Part shown: one piece after another, positions 55,347 through 64,000 of the stretch
Numbering within the stretch: the first letter of the stretch is position 1
Layout: each line of letters opens with the position of its first letter
Virus record (IMG/VR): IMGVR_UViG_3300042302_000394
Location: 62,001-126,000 of that record
Reading direction: 5' to 3' (one strand)
DNA: 64,000 bases
Notes under the pieces: model-generated
Seen by the model: the letters and a program-made list of their open reading frames with translations, nothing else
Database searches by the model: none
Told to the model about the DNA's origin: nothing
Program-made: the position numbers and the translations under genes

Positions 55347-56741
55347 TTATTTGCGAGCGTTAGCTCGAACTTCTTCGAACGAAATCTCGTTGTAAAGTTT
55401 GCCGTTCTCGAATACCTTCTGTAGAGAAGACTTCCACTCGAGTCCTCGATCAGTCCAACCTTTTGGTTGTTCTACGGAGGATTGATATTCTCCGCCGGAC
55501 TCCCACAGTTCGACTCGGCCTTTCTTGCTTTTCTTACCTGGATCAGTGACAGGATCTTTCTGGACATCTACCCAGGTTCCGTTGATACAGGCTGCACTTG
55601 CTTTTAGGGCAAACTTCTGCGTGTCACGATCTACAATCTGCAACAGGGCACCGCCCATACCAAAAGCAATGTTATCGGCACTCCAACCCATGGCCATGAA
55701 CGCACCAAGGATACTGCGAACAGTGAGTTCGTTGATGCCGTCACCTTGGATCAGACGCACATTGTTCAGTACCTTGAATCCTTTAGCGTTAACTGTGTAG
55801 CCAAACTTCTCGCCCAGGATTTCAACTAGACGACGGTTGACTTCGACAGGATCGCCACTATCAGGCCTAATGACAACAGTAGCACCACTATCGATAACCT
55901 GTTGGCGAAGTTCTTCGCCCCAGAGCTTAGAGGCTGCGTTGTAGATATCATAACTATCACTGACAACAGCGAGGATAGTACCGGGACGAGCGAACTGGGT
56001 AAGCATATTTCTGTAAGCATCTACTTCCCCGTCACGACCCCAACTGGTGATTGTACTATGCTCTGCGGCTGGGATTGAGAAACCAGCAATACCAGCATTG
56101 TAATATTCACGAGCAAACAGAACACCAGTAATAGTGTCAGTTCCCATAAAGTTGACCAAGTGCGCGGCACTGCCAATGCCAGCACTTTCAAGGCTAGATA
56201 CGCCACGAGCACCAAAGTCGTGCAACTTAAAATCGATAGTAGTAGGATCACCAGTTCTCTCCAAGAAGTCAAGAATGACTTGTTTAATTGTGTATGATTG
56301 TGTTGCCACAGTAGTACCATACCACACTGCACGAAGCAGGGCAGTTTCCAACCAAGTGGTCAACCAGAAGCATTCTGGATCTGTGTTTTCAATTGTCGCA
56401 AGTACATTTTTGACGGGGACCACAGTTCCTTCTGGCACGGCCCGAATGACAACTGGGAGGTATCCACGGTGCTTGTCCAGTATGTATTGCCATCCTGCTC
56501 GGTTGAAAGGCTCACCGTGTAGGGTAAGGATTTCTTCAGCGATGTCAATGTCTGCTTGGGTGATGGGTTCGAGAAGGTACTCTTTGATAAAAGCCTGTAA
56601 TCCGAAGAATACTGTTCTATCGTACCGCCCGCCTCTAGACTCGATATATGAATATACACCTGTAGTACCTGCTGGGTATTGTTTGAACATGCTGACTTTG
56701 TAGCTGTCAGTGTTCAAAATAAGATTTTTTGCGAGTTTCAT
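55347..56741 (-). CDS. nadV: Nicotinamide phosphoribosyltransferase
   Basis: TDSYK, LHDFGARG, PAAEHS, VSDSYD, RPDSGDP, IQGDG. Confidence 0.92.
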   Translation of the reverse strand: MKLAKNLILNTDSYKVSMFKQYPAGTTGVYSYIESRGGRYDRTVFFGLQAFIKEYLLEPITQADIDIAEEILTLHGEPFNRAGWQYILDKHRGYLPVVIRAVPEGTVVPVKNVLATIENTDPECFWLTTWLETALLRAVWYGTTVATQSYTIKQVILDFLERTGDPTTIDFKLHDFGARGVSSLESAGIGSAAHLVNFMGTDTITGVLFAREYYNAGIAGFSIPAAEHSTITSWGRDGEVDAYRNMLTQFARPGTILAVVSDSYDIYNAASKLWGEELRQQVIDSGATVVIRPDSGDPVEVNRRLVEILGEKFGYTVNAKGFKVLNNVRLIQGDGINELTVRSILGAFMAMGWSADNIAFGMGGALLQIVDRDTQKFALKASAACINGTWVDVQKDPVTDPGKKSKKGRVELWESGGEYQSSVEQPKGWTDRGLEWKSSLQKVFENGKLYNEISFEEVRANARK

Positions 56742-56820
56742 AATAAAGTTCCTTTATCAAAATTGCCAGGCGTCTATCGCTTGGACTTGTTTATAGTATA
56801 ACACAGACCCTATGTCTGCG

Positions 56821-57294
56821 TCAACTAATTCTTTGGCCAAATTCTACTAGTGTGACTGTGCCGCCTTCAAGGGCAATTCGTCCGGCAAATACGTCGATCA
56901 TGTCAACAATAGTTTCCTGTTCGCCACCGGCAAGTCCACACCCAATATAGGGCAAGCCAATCCGTTTGCCAGGAAAGACAAAGGCCAGCTTTTCCAAAAT
57001 CAATTGAAAGGCAGTGTACTCAAATACATCAGTGCCGCGACTCATATTGTATTGAGTGTAAGCATTAACAATCAAAAACTTGCCGGTAAAGGCTGTGGTA
57101 AAATTGCCCAACTTGCGGTAGTCGCCTTTTACGGTCTCATTATCAACTAATGCAGCCATTGGATAACGCTCACGAATCTCACGAGCAATGCCGCCACCCA
57201 TGGTGTTGAAGCAGTTACAGCCTTGGACAACAATGTCAAAGTCTCCCGCTTCTGCCAGGTCGAGCAGATTGCCTTTAGTATGTTTTAATGTCAT
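56821..57294 (-). CDS. Macro domain protein
   Basis: GNLL, QGCNCFNTMGGGIA, PYIGCGLAGG. Confidence 0.88.
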   Translation of the reverse strand: MTLKHTKGNLLDLAEAGDFDIVVQGCNCFNTMGGGIAREIRERYPMAALVDNETVKGDYRKLGNFTTAFTGKFLIVNAYTQYNMSRGTDVFEYTAFQLILEKLAFVFPGKRIGLPYIGCGLAGGEQETIVDMIDVFAGRIALEGGTVTLVEFGQRIS

Positions 57295-57542
57295 AGTTCT
57301 ACTCCGAAATGTTCTTTGATTCTCATACCGTTTGTTTTGGTAATATATCCACAACCAACTGAATTGGGTCTCTCCGTATCAGCAATCTCAGCACATTGCC
57401 TCACAATCTTCTCAGCGAAACGCTCCAAATCAACCATTACACTACTGTAGTAATCACCGTTCTCTAGTTTGTCGTATGGATCACAAATACAATCATAAAT
57501 GCCGCCTGTGATGGCTAAATCTCTAATCAGTTGTTTGTTCAT
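57291..57542 (-). CDS. Small hypothetical protein
   Basis: Paralog of next ORF (FAE.IVR.C...EHFGVE). Confidence 0.6.
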   Translation of the reverse strand: MNKQLIRDLAITGGIYDCICDPYDKLENGDYYSSVMVDLERFAEKIVRQCAEIADTERPNSVGCGYITKTNGMRIKEHFGVEL

Positions 57543-57781
57543 TCTTCAACTCCGAAATGTTCTTCAATATCATTGATTGCTGTGGACATTGCTTCATCCA
57601 CATTCCATCCATCTTCAATAGCCAGGTCTCTGTTGGCAGATACAAGTTCCACACATTCTCTCACAATCAACTCGGCGAACTTTTCTTTATCGAACACGTC
57701 AAATGTCAAGCCGTCGTATGGAGGATGTCCGGGCATGTGGGAAGTAGCCTGTTCAGCAAGTTCTCGAATTCGTTCGTTCAT
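57539..57781 (-). CDS. Small hypothetical protein
   Basis: MNERIRELA...FAELIVREC...EHFGVE. Confidence 0.6.
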   Translation of the reverse strand: MNERIRELAEQATSHMPGHPPYDGLTFDVFDKEKFAELIVRECVELVSANRDLAIEDGWNVDEAMSTAINDIEEHFGVEE

Positions 57782-57782
57782 A

Positions 57783-58802
57783 TTATGCTCCTACAAAATG
57801 TGAGATGATTTCAAAATGGTCTTCAAAGCATTCTTCGCTTCGAACCTCTGCAATAGGTACCCAACGTGCTTTCTCAGCATCGTCACTGCCTTTTACTTTT
57901 GGCAACTCACCGTCTGGCAGTTGGATGTGAAACGCATGTGTAATTATACGTCCTCTAGGACTTCTGTCAACCGCATCAAATACCTTACTGCGAACAATCG
58001 ATCCACGCAACACCGGAGCAGGCACTTTAATCATAGTTTCTTCACGCAGTTCACGGATAGCCGCATCTTCAACTGACTTGTCGGTATTGGCGTTGACGTA
58101 GCCGCCTGGCAGTGCCCACAAGCCCTTGCCGGGCTCTGCACGGCGTTTGATCATCAGCACATGACCTGAACAGATCACAACACTATCAGCAGTGCTGAAG
58201 ATTGGAGGATATGGCAATGACGCATACTGTTTCTTATAGTTTGCAACAAACTCTCGCTCACGGATAATTTGTTCATATTCGGCATGGTGGCGGAATTCAT
58301 CCAAGAACTCAAACACAGTTTCTGGCACAACACCTTTAATGAACTTCATGTTGACATCACGCTTGAAGTAAAGATCACGAATGTCAACAGCACTAAGGAA
58401 CTCAATCAGTTCCACGTTTTCATATCCCCATTGTGGGAACATGTCCAGATAGAAGCTACTGTCGTCTTTCTTGTGTCCAATAATACCAGTCTTGGTACCA
58501 AGGACTGCATACTTGCTGACAATGCCTTGGATACGCACTGCCCAGGCTTGATCGTTATAGATAGTGTCTACATTGGGTTCAATGTAGATTTGCATATTCA
58601 ATCCACGGGTAGCCGATTTGATCATGCCCGCACGTTCTGCACTTGTGAACGGATTCTTGTAAGTACGGGGTTGTGCGGCAGAACCAGTGATAATTACTAA
58701 CTGTTCGCATAGGGCAGTGGCACGTTTTACAATCTCAAGGTGAGCACTGTGAAATGGTTGAAAGCGCCCAATGAGCACTAGGGTGTGATATTTTTTAGTC
58801 AT
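57783..58802 (-). CDS. nadM: Bifunctional NMN adenylyltransferase/Nudix hydrolase
   Basis: GRFQPFHSAH, NPFT; ALPGG...AIRELREET, GSDDA. Confidence 0.92.
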   Translation of the reverse strand: MTKKYHTLVLIGRFQPFHSAHLEIVKRATALCEQLVIITGSAAQPRTYKNPFTSAERAGMIKSATRGLNMQIYIEPNVDTIYNDQAWAVRIQGIVSKYAVLGTKTGIIGHKKDDSSFYLDMFPQWGYENVELIEFLSAVDIRDLYFKRDVNMKFIKGVVPETVFEFLDEFRHHAEYEQIIREREFVANYKKQYASLPYPPIFSTADSVVICSGHVLMIKRRAEPGKGLWALPGGYVNANTDKSVEDAAIRELREETMIKVPAPVLRGSIVRSKVFDAVDRSPRGRIITHAFHIQLPDGELPKVKGSDDAEKARWVPIAEVRSEECFEDHFEIISHFVGA

Positions 58803-59155
58803 TTTGTGCCTTCCAACATGGCAAGTTTGCGGGCCAATTCTTTGCGAATTTGGGTAATCTCTGCTTTGGCTTTTGCTCGGGCTTCTGACATGATTTCAGT
58901 AGTTAGAATCACTTTAGCTTGGATCTCGACTTCCAGAACTTCGATACTGACAACGTCTCGACGCATGTAGTCTGTGCTGGAGAATATTGGAATCTTGTCC
59001 AGCGATTCCCAAGTTTTGTCTTGGGAGAAGTAAGGGCTCCAATACGGATAACCGCCTGAGTGTGAATCAGTGTCGTAATAGACACGCTTGCCTGCCTTGT
59101 CAATTGCTGACAACGCATAGGTTTTTTTGATGGTGAATGTAGTTGCTTTTGACAT
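58799..59155 (-). CDS. Hypothetical protein
   Basis: ORF coupled to nadM. Confidence 0.55.
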   Translation of the reverse strand: MSKATTFTIKKTYALSAIDKAGKRVYYDTDSHSGGYPYWSPYFSQDKTWESLDKIPIFSSTDYMRRDVVSIEVLEVEIQAKVILTTEIMSEARAKAKAEITQIRKELARKLAMLEGTK

Positions 59156-59257
59156 ACAAAAATCCTTTGTATAATGTACGCTCGGAGTCTATCTCTTTGC
59201 TGTATGTATTTATTATACAGGGTTTTACGGACCCTGTAAACCGGTTATTTTGCCAAA

Positions 59258-59764
59258 TTAACTGTTTAATACTTTAGCAACACTATTCATGACACTGGCA
59301 ATACGTCCAATATCACGAAGTTGTTCCACTGTGTAGCCTTCTGTCTTCAATGTCTCGTAATGTGCTTTCACACAGAAGTGACACTTACCGACAATGCTTG
59401 CGGCTAAACTGAATGCTTCAAAGTTGCTCTTGGTAGTTCCGCCATGATTGGCAATGGCGTTCATTCGCAACTGTGCCGGCAATCCTTTTAGACCAGGATC
59501 ATCAGCCATTTCAACAAAGGGGTACCACGTGTTGTTTTGGCTCATAATTGAAGCGGCACACATAGCTGACTCTGCGTGGACAGGAGCATCCGCTAACAAG
59601 ATGCCCAATACCTTACCGTTACCAGTTGCAGCCAATGCAGCCACAGCACAACCTATGGCCACATCTGCATCCAATGTGCTACGAAGTAGCACAGCGTCAA
59701 GATTTAACTTAGTGTCTTTGGCATAGTCTGGCAACGCACCTTTTACTGATTCAATAAAGCTCAT
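59258..59764 (-). CDS. ahpD: Alkyl hydroperoxide reductase D
   Basis: LPDYAKDTKLNL, LRMN, KCHFCVKAH. Confidence 0.9.
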   Translation of the reverse strand: MSFIESVKGALPDYAKDTKLNLDAVLLRSTLDADVAIGCAVAALAATGNGKVLGILLADAPVHAESAMCAASIMSQNNTWYPFVEMADDPGLKGLPAQLRMNAIANHGGTTKSNFEAFSLAASIVGKCHFCVKAHYETLKTEGYTVEQLRDIGRIASVMNSVAKVLNS

Positions 59765-59765
59765 T

Positions 59766-60416
59766 TTAATATTTTCCTGATGCTAATACGATTTGGCAAA
59801 TGTGTTCCAATCGTTCAATGTGTTCAAATGCACGCCACGGACTTGTATCAATTGCTACCACGCCGTGGCCCTTGATGCCCACAATATCATACTTAATGTT
59901 ACCCGCACTGTCTAACTTAAGATTCTCATGGCAACGGTCAGCAAGCTCTTGACTAATTGGAGCAACATCACCCACATTAGGTGCTACCTTAGTGTAACGA
60001 TTTAATTCTGGAAATGCTGAACTGATAGTACTTAAATCAATGCCGGCATGCATGGCCGCAATACAATAGGTAGGGTGTAAGTGAACTACTACTCTAACAT
60101 CATTACTATGCTGACCCATATTCTTTTGTAAGCCAAAATGCAGAGGTAATTCTCCACTAGGTTTTAGCTTCTCACTGATGTCAGTATATGCCAATTCTTT
60201 CCAAGAATAGTATGGCCTAGGAGGTTGGTCATAGTAGCCTTGTTCAATACCAATCTTCTTAAACTGGTCTGGCTGCATGGTTTGCTTACGGACGCCACTG
60301 GGTGTGATATAAAAGTGATCACGGTCGTGATGGCGAATCGAAACATTGCCATCACGACTGGTAATCCAGTTGCGTCTATATGCTTCAACCAAAGTATCGC
60401 ATATAGTCTCTAACAT
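59766..60416 (-). CDS. Class II aldolase/adducin family protein
   Basis: DGNVS, TPSG, PSGELPLH, VHLHP, GHG. Confidence 0.85.
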   Translation of the reverse strand: MLETICDTLVEAYRRNWITSRDGNVSIRHHDRDHFYITPSGVRKQTMQPDQFKKIGIEQGYYDQPPRPYYSWKELAYTDISEKLKPSGELPLHFGLQKNMGQHSNDVRVVVHLHPTYCIAAMHAGIDLSTISSAFPELNRYTKVAPNVGDVAPISQELADRCHENLKLDSAGNIKYDIVGIKGHGVVAIDTSPWRAFEHIERLEHICQIVLASGKY

Positions 60417-60955
60417 TACAGAGTCTCGCCGCCAACTGTGCGGTTACATGCACACAGTTCGCCAGTCTGCAGGGCATCAAGCACACGCAGGGTTTCTTCT
60501 GGACTACGACCAACGTTCAAGTTGTTGACTGTGACGTGTTGGATTTCGTTGTTTGGATCAACAATGAATGTAGCACGAAGTGCAGCACCTGCTGGAGCGT
60601 AGAATACGCCTAATTGCTCAATCAAGCTCAACTCACCACGCTGTGTATCAGCAAATTGAGTGTGTGTGATCTTCTTTAAATCTGGGTGAGCCGTTTGCCA
60701 AGCTGTCTTACAGAATTCGTTATCGGTTGAACCGGTCAATAGAACGGCATCACGATCAAAAAAGTCATCTGTTAGTTTGTCGTATGCCACAATTTCTGTA
60801 GGGCATACAAATGTAAAGTCTTTTGGGTAGTATACGATTACTTTCCACTTGCCTGGCCAGCTCTCATCTGTAATTGTAAAGAAAGCGTCTTCTGGTTGTC
60901 CTGGCTTAACACCAGTGACTGCGAATGGGGCTAATTTGTCGCCAACTGTTTTCAT
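60416..60955 (-). CDS. ahpC: Peroxiredoxin AhpC
   Basis: YPKDFTFVCPTE, RATFIVDP, VGR. Confidence 0.92.
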   Translation of the reverse strand: MKTVGDKLAPFAVTGVKPGQPEDAFFTITDESWPGKWKVIVYYPKDFTFVCPTEIVAYDKLTDDFFDRDAVLLTGSTDNEFCKTAWQTAHPDLKKITHTQFADTQRGELSLIEQLGVFYAPAGAALRATFIVDPNNEIQHVTVNNLNVGRSPEETLRVLDALQTGELCACNRTVGGETL

Positions 60956-61090
60956 AATATCTCCTTTGTGTGTGAAATGAAAAATTTGCAGAATTATTCT
61001 GCGTGTGTTTATTGTACAGTTATTTACAATAGCAATCAACTAAAAACTCATGGTTTTCCATTGATTTTTCCTATGTCAATAATAGGTTAT

Positions 61091-61309
61091 TCAAAAATCA
61101 AATAATCTTCGTTTCGGTGCGACGAAGTCTTTGGCAATTCTAGCACCTTCTAATCTCACAGCAGGATCTCGACTGTTAAGCATCTCGTTAATCAGTGCTG
61201 TCTTTGCCATGTCGTTCATAGTTTTATCACGACTGACACTTTTCTCTACATCTGGATTTGTTGCACATCCCGTTAAGAGCAGTGCTGTAATAATTATAAT
61301 TGATTTCAT
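61091..61309 (-). CDS. Small lipoprotein
   Basis: Lipobox LTGC. Confidence 0.65.
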   Translation of the reverse strand: MKSIIIITALLLTGCATNPDVEKSVSRDKTMNDMAKTALINEMLNSRDPAVRLEGARIAKDFVAPKRRLFDF

Positions 61310-61310
61310 A

Positions 61311-61559
61311 TTATGTTTCTTTTAATTTAAATTTGATGTCTTTATGTTTGACTATGATAAACAAAGTTATTTTATCATTAACTCGTATAGGCAAATCTAA
61401 GTGTATAGTTACTTCCGGCCCGTCGATGTCGTTAATTTTGCGGTCATTACCTACTGTACCAACAAATGGGATTTTATTATAGTGACCAAATACACGATCA
61501 CCTATGTTATAGGTATGCTTGTATCCAATCTTGTTAAAATAATCAGTTTGATTGCCCAT
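61311..61559 (-). CDS. Hypothetical protein
   Basis: ORF from MGNQTDYF. Confidence 0.5.
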   Translation of the reverse strand: MGNQTDYFNKIGYKHTYNIGDRVFGHYNKIPFVGTVGNDRKINDIDGPEVTIHLDLPIRVNDKITLFIIVKHKDIKFKLKET

Positions 61560-61836
61560 ATACTTTCCAACAGTTATTTTCAACGTCCCAATGACGATTG
61601 TCATAAAGAGTTGCGTTAATGCTGTAGCCAAACAGACCCAGACCTAATGTTGCACCAGAATGGTCGCATCGTGTTCTTACTGTAAAATCAAATTCTACAA
61701 TGCAACCATTTTTAAGCAGCTCGAACTCCCAATGCTTATTTTTAAAAGGAGTAGCACCATGCCAATGTCGGATGTTCTTAAAACTCTTCCAACCTTTAAA
61801 TCGAGGATTCTGTATGGCAAAGGTAATCGCTATCAT
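61543..61836 (-). CDS. Hypothetical protein
   Basis: ATGA-coupled ORF. Confidence 0.5.
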   Translation of the reverse strand: MIAITFAIQNPRFKGWKSFKNIRHWHGATPFKNKHWEFELLKNGCIVEFDFTVRTRCDHSGATLGLGLFGYSINATLYDNRHWDVENNCWKVYGQSN

Positions 61837-62153
61837 TCGTCATCCTCATCGAGATCTCCGTCATGCATATGTCCGATAATATCTTCATCGTCTAGTGTTG
61901 CACCTAGCATCCGAATGAGCCTAAGAACATCAGGGGGTCCTAGACTTAAAGTCATACTGGTTACATCAGTATGTAGAGTTAAAGTAGTTGATCCTGTTTC
62001 ATTGTCGTAACCTACTCTATAGTGATCACGAAATTGATTTTTTGGAATATTAGGAATAGGAGGGATTGGATTAATTTTATTTTCCATATTTGTATACCCG
62101 TGATTTTGGTTCTCGTCTCTAGAGTTTTTAAAATTTTTAAACCAGTCAAACAT
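61833..62153 (-). CDS. Hypothetical protein
   Basis: ORF with acidic tail. Confidence 0.5.
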   Translation of the reverse strand: MFDWFKNFKNSRDENQNHGYTNMENKINPIPPIPNIPKNQFRDHYRVGYDNETGSTTLTLHTDVTSMTLSLGPPDVLRLIRMLGATLDDEDIIGHMHDGDLDEDDE

Positions 62154-62222
62154 ATTAACGTCCTAGATTATCTTGGTCAGCGGCAGGAATGTCAGACCCA
62201 GGCGTTGCCAAATTTATCCAAA

Positions 62223-62504
62223 TTAAGATTCTGGATTAACTACAGAAATACCCTGATTTTGGAAATACATGATTAGAAATCGTTTAGCGGCCTGTGCATC
62301 AGATTTGCTTAGATTTTGGATAACTGTTTCAACTCTTACCAATTCTCCTGCTCGAATCTTTTGGTAAGTCTTGCTCATAACATCTAGAGATGCTTGTGCC
62401 CAAGACTCGTGAATTTCTACTTTGTTTTCGCCCACGTTTTTGCGGGCGTGAATACCGATTGAGCCGTCTCGGTAGTGACGAATTAATACATTATGTTCTT
62501 TCAT
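62223..62504 (-). CDS. Hypothetical protein
   Basis: AAGGAG RBS. Confidence 0.55.
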   Translation of the reverse strand: MKEHNVLIRHYRDGSIGIHARKNVGENKVEIHESWAQASLDVMSKTYQKIRAGELVRVETVIQNLSKSDAQAAKRFLIMYFQNQGISVVNPES

Positions 62505-62549
62505 ACAATTTCTCCTTGTAAAATGCCGTTTCTCACAGCATAAAATTTA

Positions 62550-62651
62550 TTAACGCTTTTTTGCGGCTCGACGAGCCATTTCGTTTACAGTCTTTGGCTT
62601 TGGGGGCTTTTTGCCTTTTAAGATTTGACTGACTTTGCGTGGGCTTGGCAT
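62550..62651 (-). CDS. Tiny basic peptide (33 aa)
   Basis: MPSPRKVSQILKGKKPPKPKTVNEMARRAAKKR. Confidence 0.5.
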   Translation of the reverse strand: MPSPRKVSQILKGKKPPKPKTVNEMARRAAKKR

Positions 62652-62654
62652 AAG

Positions 62655-62729
62655 TTATTTCCTTTTTTTGACAATTCGACGTGCAGTAGCACGTACTGAT
62701 CGAGGATGATGTGCTCTAAATTTAGCCAT
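62655..62729 (-). CDS. Tiny basic peptide (24 aa)
   Basis: MAKFRAHHPRSVRATARRIVKKRK, TGATG-coupled. Confidence 0.5.
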   Translation of the reverse strand: MAKFRAHHPRSVRATARRIVKKRK

Positions 62730-62803
62730 CATTTTTTCTTTCTAAGTTGGCGGCGAACTGCAACTTTAATTGGACTTGTTGCCCTATCTGATCTACGTGC
62801 CAT
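62729..62803 (-). CDS. Tiny basic peptide (24 aa)
   Basis: MARRSDRATSPIKVAVRRQLRKKK, AAGGAG RBS. Confidence 0.5.
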   Translation of the reverse strand: MARRSDRATSPIKVAVRRQLRKKK

Positions 62804-62827
62804 GATTATCTCCTTGTGTTTAGTGTA

Positions 62828-63367
62828 TTATTTATTGTTCAAGTTGTCAATGTTTAATTTACCCAAACTTTCTAGGTAGATGATTAACTTTTGTTGCTCA
62901 TCTGACGACATATCTTGATAAAGATCAATGATAGTGGCTCTGCGTTCTTTATCCGAATTAGTATTTCCTCTATTTTCATTCAGACGCCTGCATCGGATAC
63001 GTAGATTTCCTGGAACATCCTTGCCGCCGAGACTTTTTGGAACAATATGGTCTAGATTAGGAACATGCAGATAATCTGAGGTAATCAAATTTTTGCCCTT
63101 GCCCCAATCGTAATAATATTCATTTACTCCGTCAGTCCATTTTATTGAATTCTCTTTATGATCTTCAATAAATTGATCTGCTTGCTCTCTAGTCCATTTA
63201 TATTCTTTTGCGTAATAACCGTAGACTGCTAGTTTAAAAAGAATAAACGGGTCGTCATGGTTATCACATACATAGTCATAAAGCTCGCCTGTAAAATAGG
63301 TACCTTCTTCACGCCCAGTAAAGAGGGACCTATTAGTTATAGCCTTGTTGATATCAATGTGGTTCAT
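62828..63367 (-). CDS. HNH-motif protein
   Basis: LDHIVPKSLGG...NL...C...NE.RGN. Confidence 0.7.
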   Translation of the reverse strand: MNHIDINKAITNRSLFTGREEGTYFTGELYDYVCDNHDDPFILFKLAVYGYYAKEYKWTREQADQFIEDHKENSIKWTDGVNEYYYDWGKGKNLITSDYLHVPNLDHIVPKSLGGKDVPGNLRIRCRRLNENRGNTNSDKERRATIIDLYQDMSSDEQQKLIIYLESLGKLNIDNLNNK

Positions 63368-64000
63368 GGCTTCTTAGGAATTGCTTTAAATCCTGCAAGT
63401 GCAACTTCAACATCTTGTCCATTGTAATTAATTGGTGCCCAATTAATTGTAGGATGTACAATTTTGCACAATTTACCAATACCGGCCGCAAGATATCTTG
63501 GCTCGGAGCAGTCTAGAAACTTACCGGCTTTAGCATTATTTTCCAAAAACTCACGAAATACTTTTTTAATATCTAAGTGCATGCCACTACGAACTGGATC
63601 TGTGTACTTGTAAGTAATTGCTTCCTGAATGTTCCAATCCAACTCCATTGAATCAGAGATGGGTCCGTTGTTTTCTTGTTCACGCAAGTATTCCATAATT
63701 CCCCACGCATTTGCAGTAGAGAACGGTGCTTTGGCAAATATAGAACATACTATTCCCACCGCACGTTCGTAGATGTCGGCTCCGTAAACATCGTAGTATT
63801 TTAGCATGTTACCCACGCCTGTACATTCTTTTGGTAACACATTATCCGTGCCTTTACCTTTTTCTACAAATCGACTTCCGTATCGAGCATGAATGTCAAA
63901 CACATGTTCACATTTGATATCTTCGGCAATTAAATCAGTTCGACCTTCTGCCTTACGTACTTGATTTCGTCGAACCTTAATTCGAAACTCGTCAAAAGGG
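63364..64000 (-). CDS. Hypothetical protein (5' end outside window)
   Basis: Frame appears open to right edge. Confidence 0.5.
   Translation of the reverse strand, partial: PFDEFRIKVRRNQVRKAEGRTDLIAEDIKCEHVFDIHARYGSRFVEKGKGTDNVLPKECTGVGNMLKYYDVYGADIYERAVGIVCSIFAKAPFSTANAWGIMEYLREQENNGPISDSMELDWNIQEAITYKYTDPVRSGMHLDIKKVFREFLENNAKAGKFLDCSEPRYLAAGIGKLCKIVHPTINWAPINYNGQDVEVALAGFKAIPKKP

Noticed and set aside
52166-56703. Long plus-strand ORFs (52540-53142, 56134-56703 and others)
   Set aside because: Antisense shadows of well-supported minus-strand genes with no motifs of their own

Overview
The window looks like part of a large T4-like or jumbo bacteriophage genome. The evidence is dense AT-rich genes, TATAAATA-type late promoters mixed with TTGACA-N17-TATAAT promoters, and auxiliary metabolic genes. 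A betaproteobacterial host is inferred from the Bug/TctC and RpoZ homologs. Layout from left to right: phosphoesterase/kinase/phosphatase genes (1-1.4 kb); a ~19 kb island of tailoring enzymes (many short 2OG-Fe(II)-like proteins, 2 desaturases, 4 SGGxDS PP-loop proteins, radical SAM, Rieske, 2 TctC); a minus-strand array of about 45 tRNA or tRNA-like genes covering all 20 amino acids, interleaved with structured non-coding RNAs (21-31 kb); a curli-like secretion plus CHASE2 cyclase module; heme/bilin genes (ALAS, heme oxygenase, bilin reductase); a DUF2828 TROVE-like/vWA gene; NAD salvage genes; and ahpC/ahpD. Two candidate undescribed systems stand out. (1) A ribosome-coupled attenuator at the head of the tRNA array: its 48-codon leader contains all 20 amino acids and overlaps an antiterminator, so it could act as a general tRNA-pool sensor. 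(2) A family of 10-11 small RNAs sharing a covarying terminal stem and an invariant UAGG-N7-CAGC(A/U)A motif. Some carry circularly permuted tRNA modules or isolated anticodon arms, and three sit directly upstream of the DUF2828 gene, suggesting a non-canonical Ro60/Y-RNA-like system. All calls come from reading motifs by eye; no searches were run.
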